Shown: positions 43,622-56,007, counted from the first letter of the stretch. The stretch: 64,000 nucleotides of DNA from an uncultured Thermoleophilia bacterium (GCA_963705205.1 CAVPJG010000011.1:6565-70564), one strand, 5' to 3'. A program made the numbers and translations. The notes: a model not told the origin generated them from the letters alone.

Positions 43622-44089
43622 TTACGGCTGGAGCTCGTCGTCCGAGCCGCGGCCCTGAAGACGCTCGCGGCCGCGGCGCACCGCGGCGATGAACTTGTCG
43701 AGGTTCATCTCGAGATTGCCCAGCACCTCGTCGGCGTAGTCCTCGGCCCCGAGCCGGACTTCGCGCTCGCGCTCGCGCGCGTCCTCCATGATCTGGTGCG
43801 CGTTCTTCTCGGCGAGCCGCACGACCTCGGTGTCGGAGGCGAGCTTCTCGGCCCGCTCCTGGGCCTCGGCCAGCACACGATCGGCCTCCTGCTTGGCCTC
43901 GGAGAGCATCTCCTGCCGCTCCTTGACGATCCAGCGCGCCTGCTTGATCTCCTCGGGGATCGTGGAACGCATCTGGTCGAGGATGTCGTAGATCTCCTCG
44001 CGGTCGATCATGACGCTGTCGGTGAGCGGCACGGATCGTGCGTTGTGGATGATGTCGTCGAGTTTGTCGATGAGAACCAGGACGTCCAT
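43622..44089 (-). CDS. Conserved coiled-coil protein of unknown function (often auto-annotated as ATPase subunit b/H-like)
   Basis: MDVLVLIDKLDDIIHNARSVPLTDSVMIDREEIYDILDQMRSTIPEEIKQARWIV.. followed by charged heptad-like sequence. The ATG is 10 nt after AAGGAGG. The upstream TTG of the track ORF is too close to the SD. Confidence 0.6.
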   Translation of the reverse strand: MDVLVLIDKLDDIIHNARSVPLTDSVMIDREEIYDILDQMRSTIPEEIKQARWIVKERQEMLSEAKQEADRVLAEAQERAEKLASDTEVVRLAEKNAHQIMEDAREREREVRLGAEDYADEVLGNLEMNLDKFIAAVRRGRERLQGRGSDDELQP

Positions 44090-44116
44090 ACTCAGCAACC
44101 CTCCTTGGGTAGCCGC

Positions 44117-44623
44117 CTACGAGCGCTGTACGCGCGGCGGATAGATGTCCGCCAGACGGCGGGCAACGGCCGGGGGGACCAGGTCGGCGACGGACCCCCC
44201 GAACGCGGCGATCTCCCTGACACCGCTCGAGCTCAGGAAGCTGTGCTCGGGCGAAGCCATCATGAAGACTGTTTCGATGTCGGGCGCCAGCTTCCTATTG
44301 AGCTGCGCCATGGCGAACTCGTACTCGAAGTCGGAGATGGCGCGCAGGCCCTTGAGGATGACGTGCGCGTCCCACCTGCGGGCGAACTCCACGACGAGCT
44401 CGTTGAAGCGGTCGACGACGATGTTGTCGTGCCCGGCGAGCGCCTCCCGCAGGAAGGCCTCTCGCTCCTCCGGCGTGAACAGCGGTGACTTGCGCTGCGG
44501 GATCTCGATGAGGCCGACGACGACGCGGCCGAACTTGGCCGCGCCGCGCGTGATGATGTCGAGGTGACCCACGGTCACAGGGTCGAACGTGCCCGGACAT
44601 ATGGCGGTGATGTTGCTGGGCAT
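44117..44623 (-). CDS. coaD: Phosphopantetheine adenylyltransferase
   Basis: ..AICPGTFDPVT.GHLDII.RGA..F..VVV......K.PLF...ER......A......V..F..L.V.FA........LKGLRA.SDFEYE..MA..N..L....ETVF. Confidence 0.95.
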   Translation of the reverse strand: MPSNITAICPGTFDPVTVGHLDIITRGAAKFGRVVVGLIEIPQRKSPLFTPEEREAFLREALAGHDNIVVDRFNELVVEFARRWDAHVILKGLRAISDFEYEFAMAQLNRKLAPDIETVFMMASPEHSFLSSSGVREIAAFGGSVADLVPPAVARRLADIYPPRVQRS

Positions 44624-44756
44624 CAGTCCGCCTCTCTCTGCGGCTGGCGCCCATCGAGGCGCTCAATAGCTCTTCCGAGCATTAGTCCGCCTCTCTCTGC
44701 GGCTGGCGCCCATCGCGCTGCATAGGACTCTGTGCACTTCGTGGCACTGCGGACAT
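44623..44756 (-). repeat. rsmD-coaD spacer fully tiled by two chained mini-ORFs built from a tandem repeat (MIRU-like, type 1)
   Basis: The rsmD TGA overlaps an ATG (TGATG): MSAVPRSAQSPMQRDGRQPQREAD-TAA (44682-44756). That TAA overlaps an ATG (TAATG): MLGRAIERLDGRQPQREAD-TGA (44623-44682). That TGA overlaps the coaD ATG (TGATG). The 3' 32 nt of the two units are identical. Confidence 0.85.
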
Positions 44757-45430
44757 CAGTCTGCCGATTCTCCTTCTGCCGGCGGCGCAGCGTCCGCCAC
44801 GAGGAACGTGACACGCGTGTCGCCGTAGCGTTTCTCCCGCACGACTGCCCAGGGCAGCCCGGCCGCCGTGCCGGCGGCCGACTCGACGACCAGCACCGCG
44901 CCGGGGACGAGCACCCGCCCGAGCAGTCTGACGAGGGCGGGACGGACCTGCTCGTAGACATCGTACGGCGGGTCCGCAAACACGAGAGTATATCGTGCGC
45001 CGCGACGGGCGTCAGCCGCCAGCGCCCGGCGCACGTCGCCGGCCAGCACGACGGCGTGAGGCGCCGGCGTGCCCGCGGGCGCCGGGGACTCAGCGGCGCG
45101 GAGCACCGGGACGCCGATCCGCTCCAGGTTGGCGCGCAAGGCGCGAAGGGCCGGCGGCGCCGACTCGATAAAGGTGCAGCTGACGGCGCCCCGGGAGAGC
45201 GCCTCGATGCCGAGGGCGCCGCTGCCGGCGAAGACGTCGAGAGCGGCGTGGCCGGCGAGCGGACCGGCCACCGCGCCGGCCGGGCTCGACGCCGCGGACT
45301 CCCGCGCCTGCGGCAGCGCTCCGAGCACGTCGAAGACGGCCTCTCGGACCTTGTCGGAGGTCGGCCGCGTGCCGCGCCCCGGAGGCGCGCTCAGCGGCCG
45401 ACCGCGCCACGCGCCGCCGACGACCCTCAC
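44756..45430 (-). CDS. rsmD: 16S rRNA (guanine966-N2)-methyltransferase RsmD
   Basis: MRVVGGAWRGR.L..P.G..TRPTSDKVREAVF..L.., ..LD.FAGSGALGIEALSRGA.., ..FADPPY. GTG start. Confidence 0.88.
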   Translation of the reverse strand: MRVVGGAWRGRPLSAPPGRGTRPTSDKVREAVFDVLGALPQARESAASSPAGAVAGPLAGHAALDVFAGSGALGIEALSRGAVSCTFIESAPPALRALRANLERIGVPVLRAAESPAPAGTPAPHAVVLAGDVRRALAADARRGARYTLVFADPPYDVYEQVRPALVRLLGRVLVPGAVLVVESAAGTAAGLPWAVVREKRYGDTRVTFLVADAAPPAEGESAD

Positions 45431-45482
45431 GGCAGGCCCTTAGGCGCCCGGCGGCGCCCGAACAGCGGCGCTCCCGCAGTGC

Positions 45483-46775
45483 TCACCCTTCCCTACCGAG
45501 GATGAGCGTGCGCGCCGGAGGCTCGTCCTCGCTCACGACGAACGCCCCCTCCAGCAACAGACCGGCCTCGCGGCGGCGGGCCGGGTCCCGCGAGAACGCG
45601 GCCGCCAGAGGCTCTCCCGCCTCCACCCTATCGCCGACCGCATGTTCCAGGAGCACGCCGGCGGCCGGGTCGACGGCGTCGTCCACCGTGCGCCGGCCGG
45701 CGCCGGCGACCTGCGCCGCGCGGCCGATCGCCAGCGCGTCGGCGGCCGCCAGGTAACCGGCGCGCGGCGCCTTGACCTCACGCCCCGCGAGCCGGTGGAA
45801 CTCGCCGGGATGCCAGCGACCGCCCTGCACGTAGCACCAGCGCTCGAAGTGCTCGGCGGCGCGCCCGTCGTCGAGCGCCGCCTCCGCCCGCGCGCGCGCC
45901 TCACGCGCGTCCACGCCGAGGTCCGCCAGCGGCAGCAGCTCGGCGGCCAGCGCCAGCGTGACCTCGCGCACGTCACCCGGACCCTCTCCGCCAAGCACCT
46001 GCCACGCCTCTTCGACCTCGAGCCGGTTGCCCACGGTCCGCCCCAGCGGTTGGTCCATGGCCGTGTACAGGCACGAGGTGGGGCGCCCGTAGGCGGTCCC
46101 GATCACCCGGCAGAGGCGGCCGATCTCCCTGGCGTGGTCCAGGTCGGCCGCAAACGCTCCCCGCCCCACCTTGAGGTCGAGGACCACAGCAGACGTGCCG
46201 CTCGCGACCTTCTTGGCCATGATGCTCGCGGCGATGAGGCCGTCGCACTCGACCGTCCCGGTGACGTCGCGCAGCGCGTACAGCAGCCGGTCCGCCGGGA
46301 CGACGCGTTCGCTCTGGCTCACCACCGCCACCCCGATGCGCTCGAGCTGGCGAAGGAAGTCCCCCTGCGGCAGCTGCACGCGGAAGCCGGGGATCGACTC
46401 GAGTTTGTCCAGGGTCCCGCCGGTGTGCCCCAGACCGCGGCCGGACATCTTGCCGAAGACGGCGCCGCAGGCCGCGACGAGCGGCGCCAGCACCAGCGTG
46501 ACCTTGTCCCCCACCCCACCGCTCGAATGCTTGTCGAGCACCGGGCGGCGCAGGACGCCGAGGTCCAGCGTCTTGCCGCTCTCGACCATCGCCCGCGCCA
46601 GCGCGAGCGTCTCGGCATCGCTGAGGCCGCGCAGCACCATCGCCATGAGCAGCGCGCTCGCCTGGTAGGAGGGCACGGCCCCGCTGACGACGCCCTCGAC
46701 GAAGGCGCGCACGCGCGGCTCGTCGAGCTCGTTGCCGTCGCGTTTCCAGGCGATCACGTCGTGCACGAAGTCCAC
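45483..46775 (-). CDS. pdp: Pyrimidine-nucleoside (thymidine) phosphorylase
   Basis: GTG 46775 follows GAGGGGGAG. ..I..KRDG..L.......F......G.....Q.SALLMA....G......LA.AM..SG.......DKHSSGGVGDK..L.LAP..AACG....KMSGRGLGHTGGT.DKLESIPGF. Confidence 0.93.
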   Translation of the reverse strand: MDFVHDVIAWKRDGNELDEPRVRAFVEGVVSGAVPSYQASALLMAMVLRGLSDAETLALARAMVESGKTLDLGVLRRPVLDKHSSGGVGDKVTLVLAPLVAACGAVFGKMSGRGLGHTGGTLDKLESIPGFRVQLPQGDFLRQLERIGVAVVSQSERVVPADRLLYALRDVTGTVECDGLIAASIMAKKVASGTSAVVLDLKVGRGAFAADLDHAREIGRLCRVIGTAYGRPTSCLYTAMDQPLGRTVGNRLEVEEAWQVLGGEGPGDVREVTLALAAELLPLADLGVDAREARARAEAALDDGRAAEHFERWCYVQGGRWHPGEFHRLAGREVKAPRAGYLAAADALAIGRAAQVAGAGRRTVDDAVDPAAGVLLEHAVGDRVEAGEPLAAAFSRDPARRREAGLLLEGAFVVSEDEPPARTLILGREG

Positions 46776-46786
46776 GTCACTCCCCC

Positions 46787-47581
46787 TCAGGGCGTGTCGA
46801 ACAGGTACGGCCAGCGCGCCGAAACGGCGCGCGCGAGACCGGCGGCGAGCAGCCCGGCGAGACGGCCGCCGGCGGCGAGCACGTCCTCGTGCGAGCCAAC
46901 GGCGGCCGCGACATTGGCCACGAGCGCCAGGAGAACGCACTCTACGCCGCCGGCGGCGGCTGCGCGAGCCTCCGGCGCCGCCGACATGCCGACGACGTCG
47001 CCGTACCGGGCGAGCCAGGCGACCTCCGCCGGTGTCTCGAACTGCGGGCCGCACACCGAGACGTAGGCGCCGGCGGCCGGGGCCGCGCCGGCGCCCAGCG
47101 CGGCGGCCACGCGGGCGGCGTCCTCGTCCGCGCACAGGGACAGGCGCTCCGGCGCGTCTCCTGCCGGCGGGAGCTGCAGGTCCACGACCGCGGCGCAGGT
47201 GACGACCCCCCCGACTCGGGCGCCGGGCCGCAGCGCGCCGCACGCGTTGGTCAGCACCAGCCGGGAGACGCCGGCCGCGGCGAGGGCACGCACCGGCGTC
47301 TCGAGCTCCTCGTCCGTCCAGCCCTCGTAGCGGTGCGGACGCCCGCAGGCAAGGGCGAGCCGGAGCTCGCGCCCGTCGGCGACGGGGACGCGCGTGAGCC
47401 GCAGCACGTTCTCATGGCCGGGCACCGCGCCCCACGGCCAGCCCAGCGCGTCGTACGGGATCTCGTCCTCGACGCGCCCGCCCTGGGGCAGCGCATAGAG
47501 CCCGGAGCCGTAGACAGCGGCTGCATGCGGCCGCCAAGCCGCCACCCGGCGCAGACCGGCCTCGGGCGTCGCCGCCATCAC
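46787..47581 (-). CDS. punA: Purine nucleoside phosphorylase (PunA/DeoD-II, trimeric PNP family)
   Basis: ..GR.HRYEGW.., ..LVLTNACGAL.., ..YV.V.GPQFETPAE......G.D.VGMS..PE. The start (GTG 47581 or ATG 47578) overlaps the deoB stop. Confidence 0.85.
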   Translation of the reverse strand: MMAATPEAGLRRVAAWRPHAAAVYGSGLYALPQGGRVEDEIPYDALGWPWGAVPGHENVLRLTRVPVADGRELRLALACGRPHRYEGWTDEELETPVRALAAAGVSRLVLTNACGALRPGARVGGVVTCAAVVDLQLPPAGDAPERLSLCADEDAARVAAALGAGAAPAAGAYVSVCGPQFETPAEVAWLARYGDVVGMSAAPEARAAAAGGVECVLLALVANVAAAVGSHEDVLAAGGRLAGLLAAGLARAVSARWPYLFDTP

Positions 47582-48711
47582 CCGATCGGACGCCCGGGGA
47601 GCGGCGGCTCCTCGCCGGTGAGGTGCGCGAACGCCGTCGCGCCCACGTCCTCCTGCGCGCCGTCGTACCTCCCCGGAGCGAGCCCCAGGGCGAGCAGCGG
47701 CGAGTACTCTCGTGAGTGGTCGGTGCTCTCAGTGGTGGGGTCCACGCCGTGATCGGCGCACAGGATCAGCACGTCCTCATTCCCGAGGAGCGCCTTCCAC
47801 GCGGGCAGCGCCGCGTCCACCTCCGCGAGGCCGCCGGCGAAGCCGTCCACGTCGTTGCGGTGACCCCACACCTGGTCGAAGTCGACGAGGTTGGCGAACA
47901 GCAGCCCATCCTCCATCTCGCGCAGGTGCCTGGTGCAGGCGGCGATGCCGGCCGTGTTGTCGGTGGTGTGGTCGTCCACGTCGACGCCGCGCTGCACGAA
48001 GATCTCGCCGATCTTGCCCACGCCGATGACCGGGACGCCTCGCTCCTGCAGGAGGTCGAGGTAGGTCGGGCCAGGCGGCGCCAGCGAGAAGTCGCGCCGC
48101 CGCGGCGTGCGCATGTAGCGGCCGGAAACGCCGTCGAAAGGCCGTGCTATGACGCGCCCCACGGCGTGTGGCCCCTTCAGGATGCCGCGCGCGGTCTCGC
48201 ACCACTCGTAGAGCGCAGGCACCGGCACGACGTCCTCGTGGCAGGCGATCTGGAACACCGAGTCGGCGGACGTGTAGACGATGGGCCGGCCGCTGGCGAC
48301 GTGCTCGTCGCCCAGCTCCTCGATGACGCCGGTACCGGAGGCCGGCCGGTTGCAGAGCACCCGCCGTCCGATCGCCGCCTCGAACGGCTCCACGACCTCG
48401 GGCGGAAAGCCGTCCGGGTAGGTCGGGAACGGGCGCTCGAGCACCACCCCCATCATCTCCCAGTGGCCGGTCGTGGTGTCCTTGCCGGCGCCGCGCTCGA
48501 CCAGGCGCCCGTAGGTCGCCTCCGGGCGCGGCGCCCCGAGGTCCAGCCCGACGATCTCGCCGAGTCCGAGGGCCGAGAGGTTGGGAAGCGGGACGTCCGT
48601 GCGCTCGAGCACGTGCCGCAGCGTGTCCGACCCCTCGTCGCCGTAGGCGGCGGCGTCGGGCAACGCCCCCGCTCCGCAGCCGTCCAGCACGCACACGAAC
48701 ACGCGCGTCAT
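47578..48711 (-). CDS. deoB: Phosphopentomutase
   Basis: MTRVFVCVLDGCGAG..PDA..YGDEGSDTL.H......., ..GKDT.TGHWE.MG.., ..NLVDFD...GHRND..G.A..L...D..L.., ..ADHG.DPT...TDHSREY.P. Confidence 0.92.
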   Translation of the reverse strand: MTRVFVCVLDGCGAGALPDAAAYGDEGSDTLRHVLERTDVPLPNLSALGLGEIVGLDLGAPRPEATYGRLVERGAGKDTTTGHWEMMGVVLERPFPTYPDGFPPEVVEPFEAAIGRRVLCNRPASGTGVIEELGDEHVASGRPIVYTSADSVFQIACHEDVVPVPALYEWCETARGILKGPHAVGRVIARPFDGVSGRYMRTPRRRDFSLAPPGPTYLDLLQERGVPVIGVGKIGEIFVQRGVDVDDHTTDNTAGIAACTRHLREMEDGLLFANLVDFDQVWGHRNDVDGFAGGLAEVDAALPAWKALLGNEDVLILCADHGVDPTTESTDHSREYSPLLALGLAPGRYDGAQEDVGATAFAHLTGEEPPLPGRPIG

Positions 48712-49637
48712 CCTTGCTCCTTTTCACCGGGCCGTCGCCGTGCCCGCGGGTGCGTCTCCAGGAACACCTCGCGGAGGTGCTCCACGGTCACGTGAGTGTA
48801 CAACTGGGTGGTCGCCACGTTGGCGTGACCGAGCATCTCCTGCACGCTGCGCAGGTCGGCCCCGGCGGCTAGGAGGTGCGTGGCGAAGGAGTGCCGGAAC
48901 GTGTGCGCGCTGGCGGCGCCGAGCATGTCGGCGCGGGCGAGCACGCGCCGGAGGATGTAGTCGAACCCCTGGCGCGTGAGCGGCCCGCCGCGAGCGTTCA
49001 GGATGAGCTGCGGGCGACGGCGGCCCTTCAGGAGGGCCCGCCGCCCGTCGGCGACGTACCGGCTCACGGCCGCCGCGGCCGCGCCGCCCACGGGCACCAC
49101 GCGTTCCTTGTCGCCCTTGCCGACACAGCGCACGATCCCGCCCTCGACGTCCACGTCCCCGTCGCGCAGGCCCAGCAGCTCGCTCACCCGCAGGCCGCAG
49201 CCGTAGAGCAGCTCGAGCGCGGCGAGGTCGCGCTGCCCCAGGGGACCGGCCCGCACGACGGCCGCAAGGACATCCTCGACCTCCTCGACGGAGAGCACGC
49301 GCGGCAGCTCCTGCGGCCGTTTGGGCGTGCGTAGCCGCGCCGCCGGGTCGTCCTCGCGGACGCCCTCGCGCACCAGGTACGCGTAGAAGGCGCGCACCGC
49401 CGCCGTGCGGCGCGCCACGCTGGACGGCGCACCGTCGCCGCCGGAGCCGGCGAAGTAGGCGCGGACCTGCCCGGGCGTAGCACGGCCCGGCTCTGCACCG
49501 CCCCCCGCGAGGGCGGCCGTGAACGCGGCGAGGTCGCGGCCGTAGGCGGTCACTGTGTTGTGGCTCAGGCCGCGCTCGTATCGCACGTAGTCGAGGAACT
49601 CCTGGACCAAAGGATCGGCGGGAGGTGGCGGGGGCAC
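48708..49637 (-). CDS. xerD: Tyrosine recombinase XerD
   Basis: ..FLDYVRYERGLS.NTV.AY.RDL..F.., ..RD.A.LELLYGCGLRVSEL..L.., ..HTFRHSFATHLL..GADLR.VQEMLGHA.V.TTQLYTHV. Confidence 0.9.
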   Translation of the reverse strand: MPPPPPADPLVQEFLDYVRYERGLSHNTVTAYGRDLAAFTAALAGGGAEPGRATPGQVRAYFAGSGGDGAPSSVARRTAAVRAFYAYLVREGVREDDPAARLRTPKRPQELPRVLSVEEVEDVLAAVVRAGPLGQRDLAALELLYGCGLRVSELLGLRDGDVDVEGGIVRCVGKGDKERVVPVGGAAAAAVSRYVADGRRALLKGRRRPQLILNARGGPLTRQGFDYILRRVLARADMLGAASAHTFRHSFATHLLAAGADLRSVQEMLGHANVATTQLYTHVTVEHLREVFLETHPRARRRPGEKEQG

Positions 49638-49653
49638 GCGCCGCCCCGGGCCG

Positions 49654-52559
<2,906 letters not shown>

Positions 52560-52610
52560 TCACGGGCCGGCACGACGATATGCCCGGCGAGCCCACGGAT
52601 CACGTCGGCA

Positions 52611-52639
52611 AGTATAGCATCGGGCCCGGCCGCCGCAAG
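52611..52639 (-). promoter_or_regulatory. Candidate strong promoter for pyrG (TTGCGG-N16-TGcTATACT, extended -10) with a roughly 200-nt leader
   Basis: TATACT preceded by TGC, with a TTGCGG -35 16 nt upstream, inside the 298-nt recN-pyrG spacer. Confidence 0.45.
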
Positions 52640-52701
52640 GAGCGCCGGTCGTCGCTTCCACCTGCCCGAGGACTCTCCTCTGAGCGTGGCTCCGGTGCGG
52701 A

Positions 52702-54351
52702 TCAGGTGGCGGCGCCGGCCTTCTCGAGGAGGCTCAGGGCGTGACTGCGCGCCGCCTCGTCGCCCGGGCCGGCGCCGAGCATGCGGCACAGCTCCTCCAC
52801 GCGCTCGTCGCCCTCCACACGGCGGACGACCGTCTCCGTGACGCCGGCTCCCGGGTCGCTCTCCTTGGCGATCGCGAACTGCCGGTCGGCGAAGGCGGCG
52901 ACCTGCGGCAGATGCGTGATGCAGAGCACTTGGCGGCGCTCGGCCAGGCGGCGGAGCCGCACGCCCAGCGCCGCCGCCGTCACGCCGCCGATACCGGTGT
53001 CGACCTCGTCGAAGATGAGCGTCTCCACGTCATCGCCGAGCGTGACGAGCCCGCGGATGGCGAGCATCGTCCGCGAGAGCTCGCCTCCCGACGCGGTCTC
53101 CCTCAGCGGGCGGGGCGGCACGCCCGGGTTGGCGCCGAAGACGAACTCCACGTCGTCGGCGCCCGACGGCCCGAGCCCGTCCCACCCGCCGCCGCGCGCG
53201 GTCACCTCGATGACGAAGGTCGCGTGCGGCATGGCCAGCCCGCGCAGCTCCTCCTCGATGCGCGCGGCGACCCGCGGCGCCAGGCGCCGCCGGGCCTCGC
53301 CGAGACGCGCGGCGGCGGCGACCGCCTCATCCTGCGCCGCCGTCACCCCTGCGACGAGGGACTCCTCGTCGGCGGCGAACTCCTCGAGAGCGTGCAGCCG
53401 GAGGTGCGCATCCTCGAGGTAGGCGAGCACCTCGTCGGCCGAGCCGCCGTACTTGCGCATGAGCCCCTTGAGCCTGTCGTAGCGGAGCTCGAGCGCGTCT
53501 CGGTGCGCGGCGTCCACATCGAGCGCGTCGATGTAGTCGCGCAGCGCGGCGGCGAGGTCGTCGAGCTCCGCGGTGAGCGCGCCGAGCCGTTCCGCCAGCG
53601 GCGCGACGCTCTCGTCGAGCAGCGCCGCCTCGGCGACCAGGCGCTGCGCCACGCGCACTCCGTCGAGCGCGGCCGCTTCGGATTCGCCGGCCAGCAGGGC
53701 GAGCGCGCCGCCGGTGCGCTCGAGCAGCTTGCCGGCGTGTCGCGCCCTCTCTCTGTCGACGGCCAGGCGCTCGTCCTCCCCCGGCTCGACGCCCGCCGCC
53801 TCGATCTCGTGCACCTGGTAGCGAAGCATGTCGAGCTCGCGCTCGCGATCGCGCCCGGCGCCGCGCAAGTCGTCGAGCTCGCGCGTGAGCGCGCGGGCAC
53901 GCGCGTACGCTTCGGCGTAGACGGTCTTGAGCGGCTCGATCTCGTCAGCCACGGCTCCGTCGAGGAGGTCGAGCTGGCGCTCGAGCTGCAGCAGCCGCGT
54001 GTGCTCCAGTTGCCCGTAGAAGGCGAGGCGCCGCCTCAGAGCGTCTTCGACGGCGGCGGCGCTGCTCAGCAGCCCGTCCATCCGGGCTCGCGACCGGCCG
54101 CCCCGCGGCAGCTCGCGAGCCACCGCCAGCGTGTCGTCCCCGACCTCGAAGAGAGCCTGCACGAGGGCCCGTCCGGCGCCCGGCCGGACGAGCTCGTCGC
54201 CGCCCTTCTGCCCCATGAGCAACCCTATCGCCTGCGCCAGCAGACTCTTGCCCGCGCCGGTCTCGCCGGTGATGACGTTCAGGCCCGGTGAGAACTCCAG
54301 CCTGGCCGCGGCGATCAGGACCAGGTCGTCGATGCTCAGTTCAGCGAGCAT
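52702..54351 (-). CDS. recN: DNA repair protein RecN
   Basis: MLAELSIDDLVLI....L.F.PGLNVITGETGAGKSLL..A.GLL.G.., coiled coil, C-terminal ..ASGGELSR.MLA......., ..IFDEVD.GIGG..A.. Confidence 0.95.
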   Translation of the reverse strand: MLAELSIDDLVLIAAARLEFSPGLNVITGETGAGKSLLAQAIGLLMGQKGGDELVRPGAGRALVQALFEVGDDTLAVARELPRGGRSRARMDGLLSSAAAVEDALRRRLAFYGQLEHTRLLQLERQLDLLDGAVADEIEPLKTVYAEAYARARALTRELDDLRGAGRDRERELDMLRYQVHEIEAAGVEPGEDERLAVDRERARHAGKLLERTGGALALLAGESEAAALDGVRVAQRLVAEAALLDESVAPLAERLGALTAELDDLAAALRDYIDALDVDAAHRDALELRYDRLKGLMRKYGGSADEVLAYLEDAHLRLHALEEFAADEESLVAGVTAAQDEAVAAAARLGEARRRLAPRVAARIEEELRGLAMPHATFVIEVTARGGGWDGLGPSGADDVEFVFGANPGVPPRPLRETASGGELSRTMLAIRGLVTLGDDVETLIFDEVDTGIGGVTAAALGVRLRRLAERRQVLCITHLPQVAAFADRQFAIAKESDPGAGVTETVVRRVEGDERVEELCRMLGAGPGDEAARSHALSLLEKAGAAT

Positions 54352-55210
54352 CGTGGCGGTCGAAGAGCTTCTCCTCGACGTTCTGGTAGAACGACCCCTC
54401 GCTCTGCATGACGAGGCGCGCGACCTCCGACCCCGCCGTGACGCGCACCTCGTCGCCGCAGCACAGCCGCCCGAGGAGGTCCCCGTCGGCCATGACCTCG
54501 CACTCCTGCAGAGGCGACACGTTGCGCGCGGTGATCACGTGGTCCGGGCGCAGGATCACCGGCCGGAACCCCAGCGAGTGCGGGGCGATGAAGTTGAGCA
54601 CGAGCACGCCGGCGTTCCACTCGACGATGGGTCCGTTGCACGACAGGTTGTAGGCCGTCGAACCGGTGGGCGACGCGATGATGAGCCCGTCGCAGAACAT
54701 GTCGCCGACGGTCACGCCGGCGACCTCGTACTCGAGCTGCAGCACGTGGCGCGGGGCGACGCGGCTGAGGATGACGTCGTTGACGGCGCTGTGGTGTTCA
54801 CCCGCGAGGGAGACGTCGACGGTGAGCAGTTCCACTTCGCGGTAGTCGCCGCCGAGGATGGTCTCGAGGCCCGCCATCCAGCCCTCACGAGGCAGAGAGG
54901 CGAGGAAGCCGACGTTGCCGTAGTTGACGCCGAGCGTCGGCACCCGCGTCCCGAGCAGGCGGGACAGGCTGCGGAGGATGGTGCCGTCGCCGCCGAAGAC
55001 GAGGCACAGGTCGGCGACGCGCAACTCGGCCTCGTCGACGACGCGGTAGCCGAGGTCCGTGGCCGCGGGATGCTTGCGCACCTCTTCGGCCGGCATGAGC
55101 AGCTCGAGACCGAGGCGGTCCGCGGCCGCGGCCAGCTCCGCCAGCGCGGCCGCCGTGGCCGCGGTGAACAGGTGCGTGAGCACCGCGACGCGGCGCAGCG
55201 GCTCACCCAT
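54341..55210 (-). CDS. nadK: NAD kinase
   Basis: ..DL.LVFGGDGT.L........, ..P.LGVN.G.VGFL.., ..ND......, ..DGLI.ASPTGSTAY.LS..GPI. ATG 55210 overlaps the tlyA 3' end by 8 nt. Confidence 0.93.
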   Translation of the reverse strand: MGEPLRRVAVLTHLFTAATAAALAELAAAADRLGLELLMPAEEVRKHPAATDLGYRVVDEAELRVADLCLVFGGDGTILRSLSRLLGTRVPTLGVNYGNVGFLASLPREGWMAGLETILGGDYREVELLTVDVSLAGEHHSAVNDVILSRVAPRHVLQLEYEVAGVTVGDMFCDGLIIASPTGSTAYNLSCNGPIVEWNAGVLVLNFIAPHSLGFRPVILRPDHVITARNVSPLQECEVMADGDLLGRLCCGDEVRVTAGSEVARLVMQSEGSFYQNVEEKLFDRHDAR

Positions 55211-56000
55211 GAGCCGCGCCCACCGCGTCGTCGATGAGGCCGTCCGCCGGCGGCGGAGCCGCTCCGGCGGTGCGCGCGTCGCTGAAGAGGATGAAGTACT
55301 CCACGTTGCCCTTCGGTCCCGGGTGCCCCGAGTCGCACACGCCCTGCACCGTGGCGCCCCTTTCCTGCAGCCAGCCGGCCACGCGCCGGAGCACGTCGCG
55401 GTGGACGACAGCATCCCGTACCACCCCGCCCTTGCCGACGCGCTCCCGTCCGGCCTCGAACTGCGGCTTGACCAGCACGAGGCCGCGGAAGCCCTCGCGC
55501 AGGCATTCTAGCACCGGCCCCAGAGCCACCGTCAGGGAGATGAACGACAGGTCGGCGGTGACGAACGAGGGCGCGTACGGGAGACGTTCGCGCGTGAGCC
55601 GCCGGGCGTTCGTGCGCTCGAGCACGGTGACGCGCGGGTCCTCGCGCAGCCTCCAGTCCAGCTGGCCGTAGCCGACGTCGACGGCGATCACGCGCGCGGC
55701 GCCACCCTGCAACAGCCGGTCGACGAACCCGCCGGTGGAGCTGCCCAGGTCGATCGCGTCCTCGCCGGTCACGTCGACGCCCAGACGAGTGAACGCCGTG
55801 TCGAGCTTGTCGCCGCCGCGCGAGACGTAGCGGCGGCGCGCGGCGGCGGCGAGCGTGGCCGCGTCGTCCACCTGGGTGCCGGGCTTGTCGACGACGCGGC
55901 CGTCCACGGTGATCTCCCCCGCGAGGACGGCGGCGCGCGCCTGGGCGCGGGAGGCGAAGAGGCCGCGGTCCGTGAGCAGCACGTCCAGCCGCTCGCGCAT
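55203..56000 (-). CDS. tlyA: TlyA family 16S/23S rRNA (cytidine-2'-O)-methyltransferase
   Basis: MRERLDVLL..RGL..SR..A.A.VLAGEI.VDGR.V.KPG..V (S4 domain), ..YVSRGG.KL..A.., ..DLGSSTGGF.D.LLQ.GA..V.AVDVG. Confidence 0.92.
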   Translation of the reverse strand: MRERLDVLLTDRGLFASRAQARAAVLAGEITVDGRVVDKPGTQVDDAATLAAAARRRYVSRGGDKLDTAFTRLGVDVTGEDAIDLGSSTGGFVDRLLQGGAARVIAVDVGYGQLDWRLREDPRVTVLERTNARRLTRERLPYAPSFVTADLSFISLTVALGPVLECLREGFRGLVLVKPQFEAGRERVGKGGVVRDAVVHRDVLRRVAGWLQERGATVQGVCDSGHPGPKGNVEYFILFSDARTAGAAPPPADGLIDDAVGAAHG

Positions 56001-56007
56001 CGGTGGC

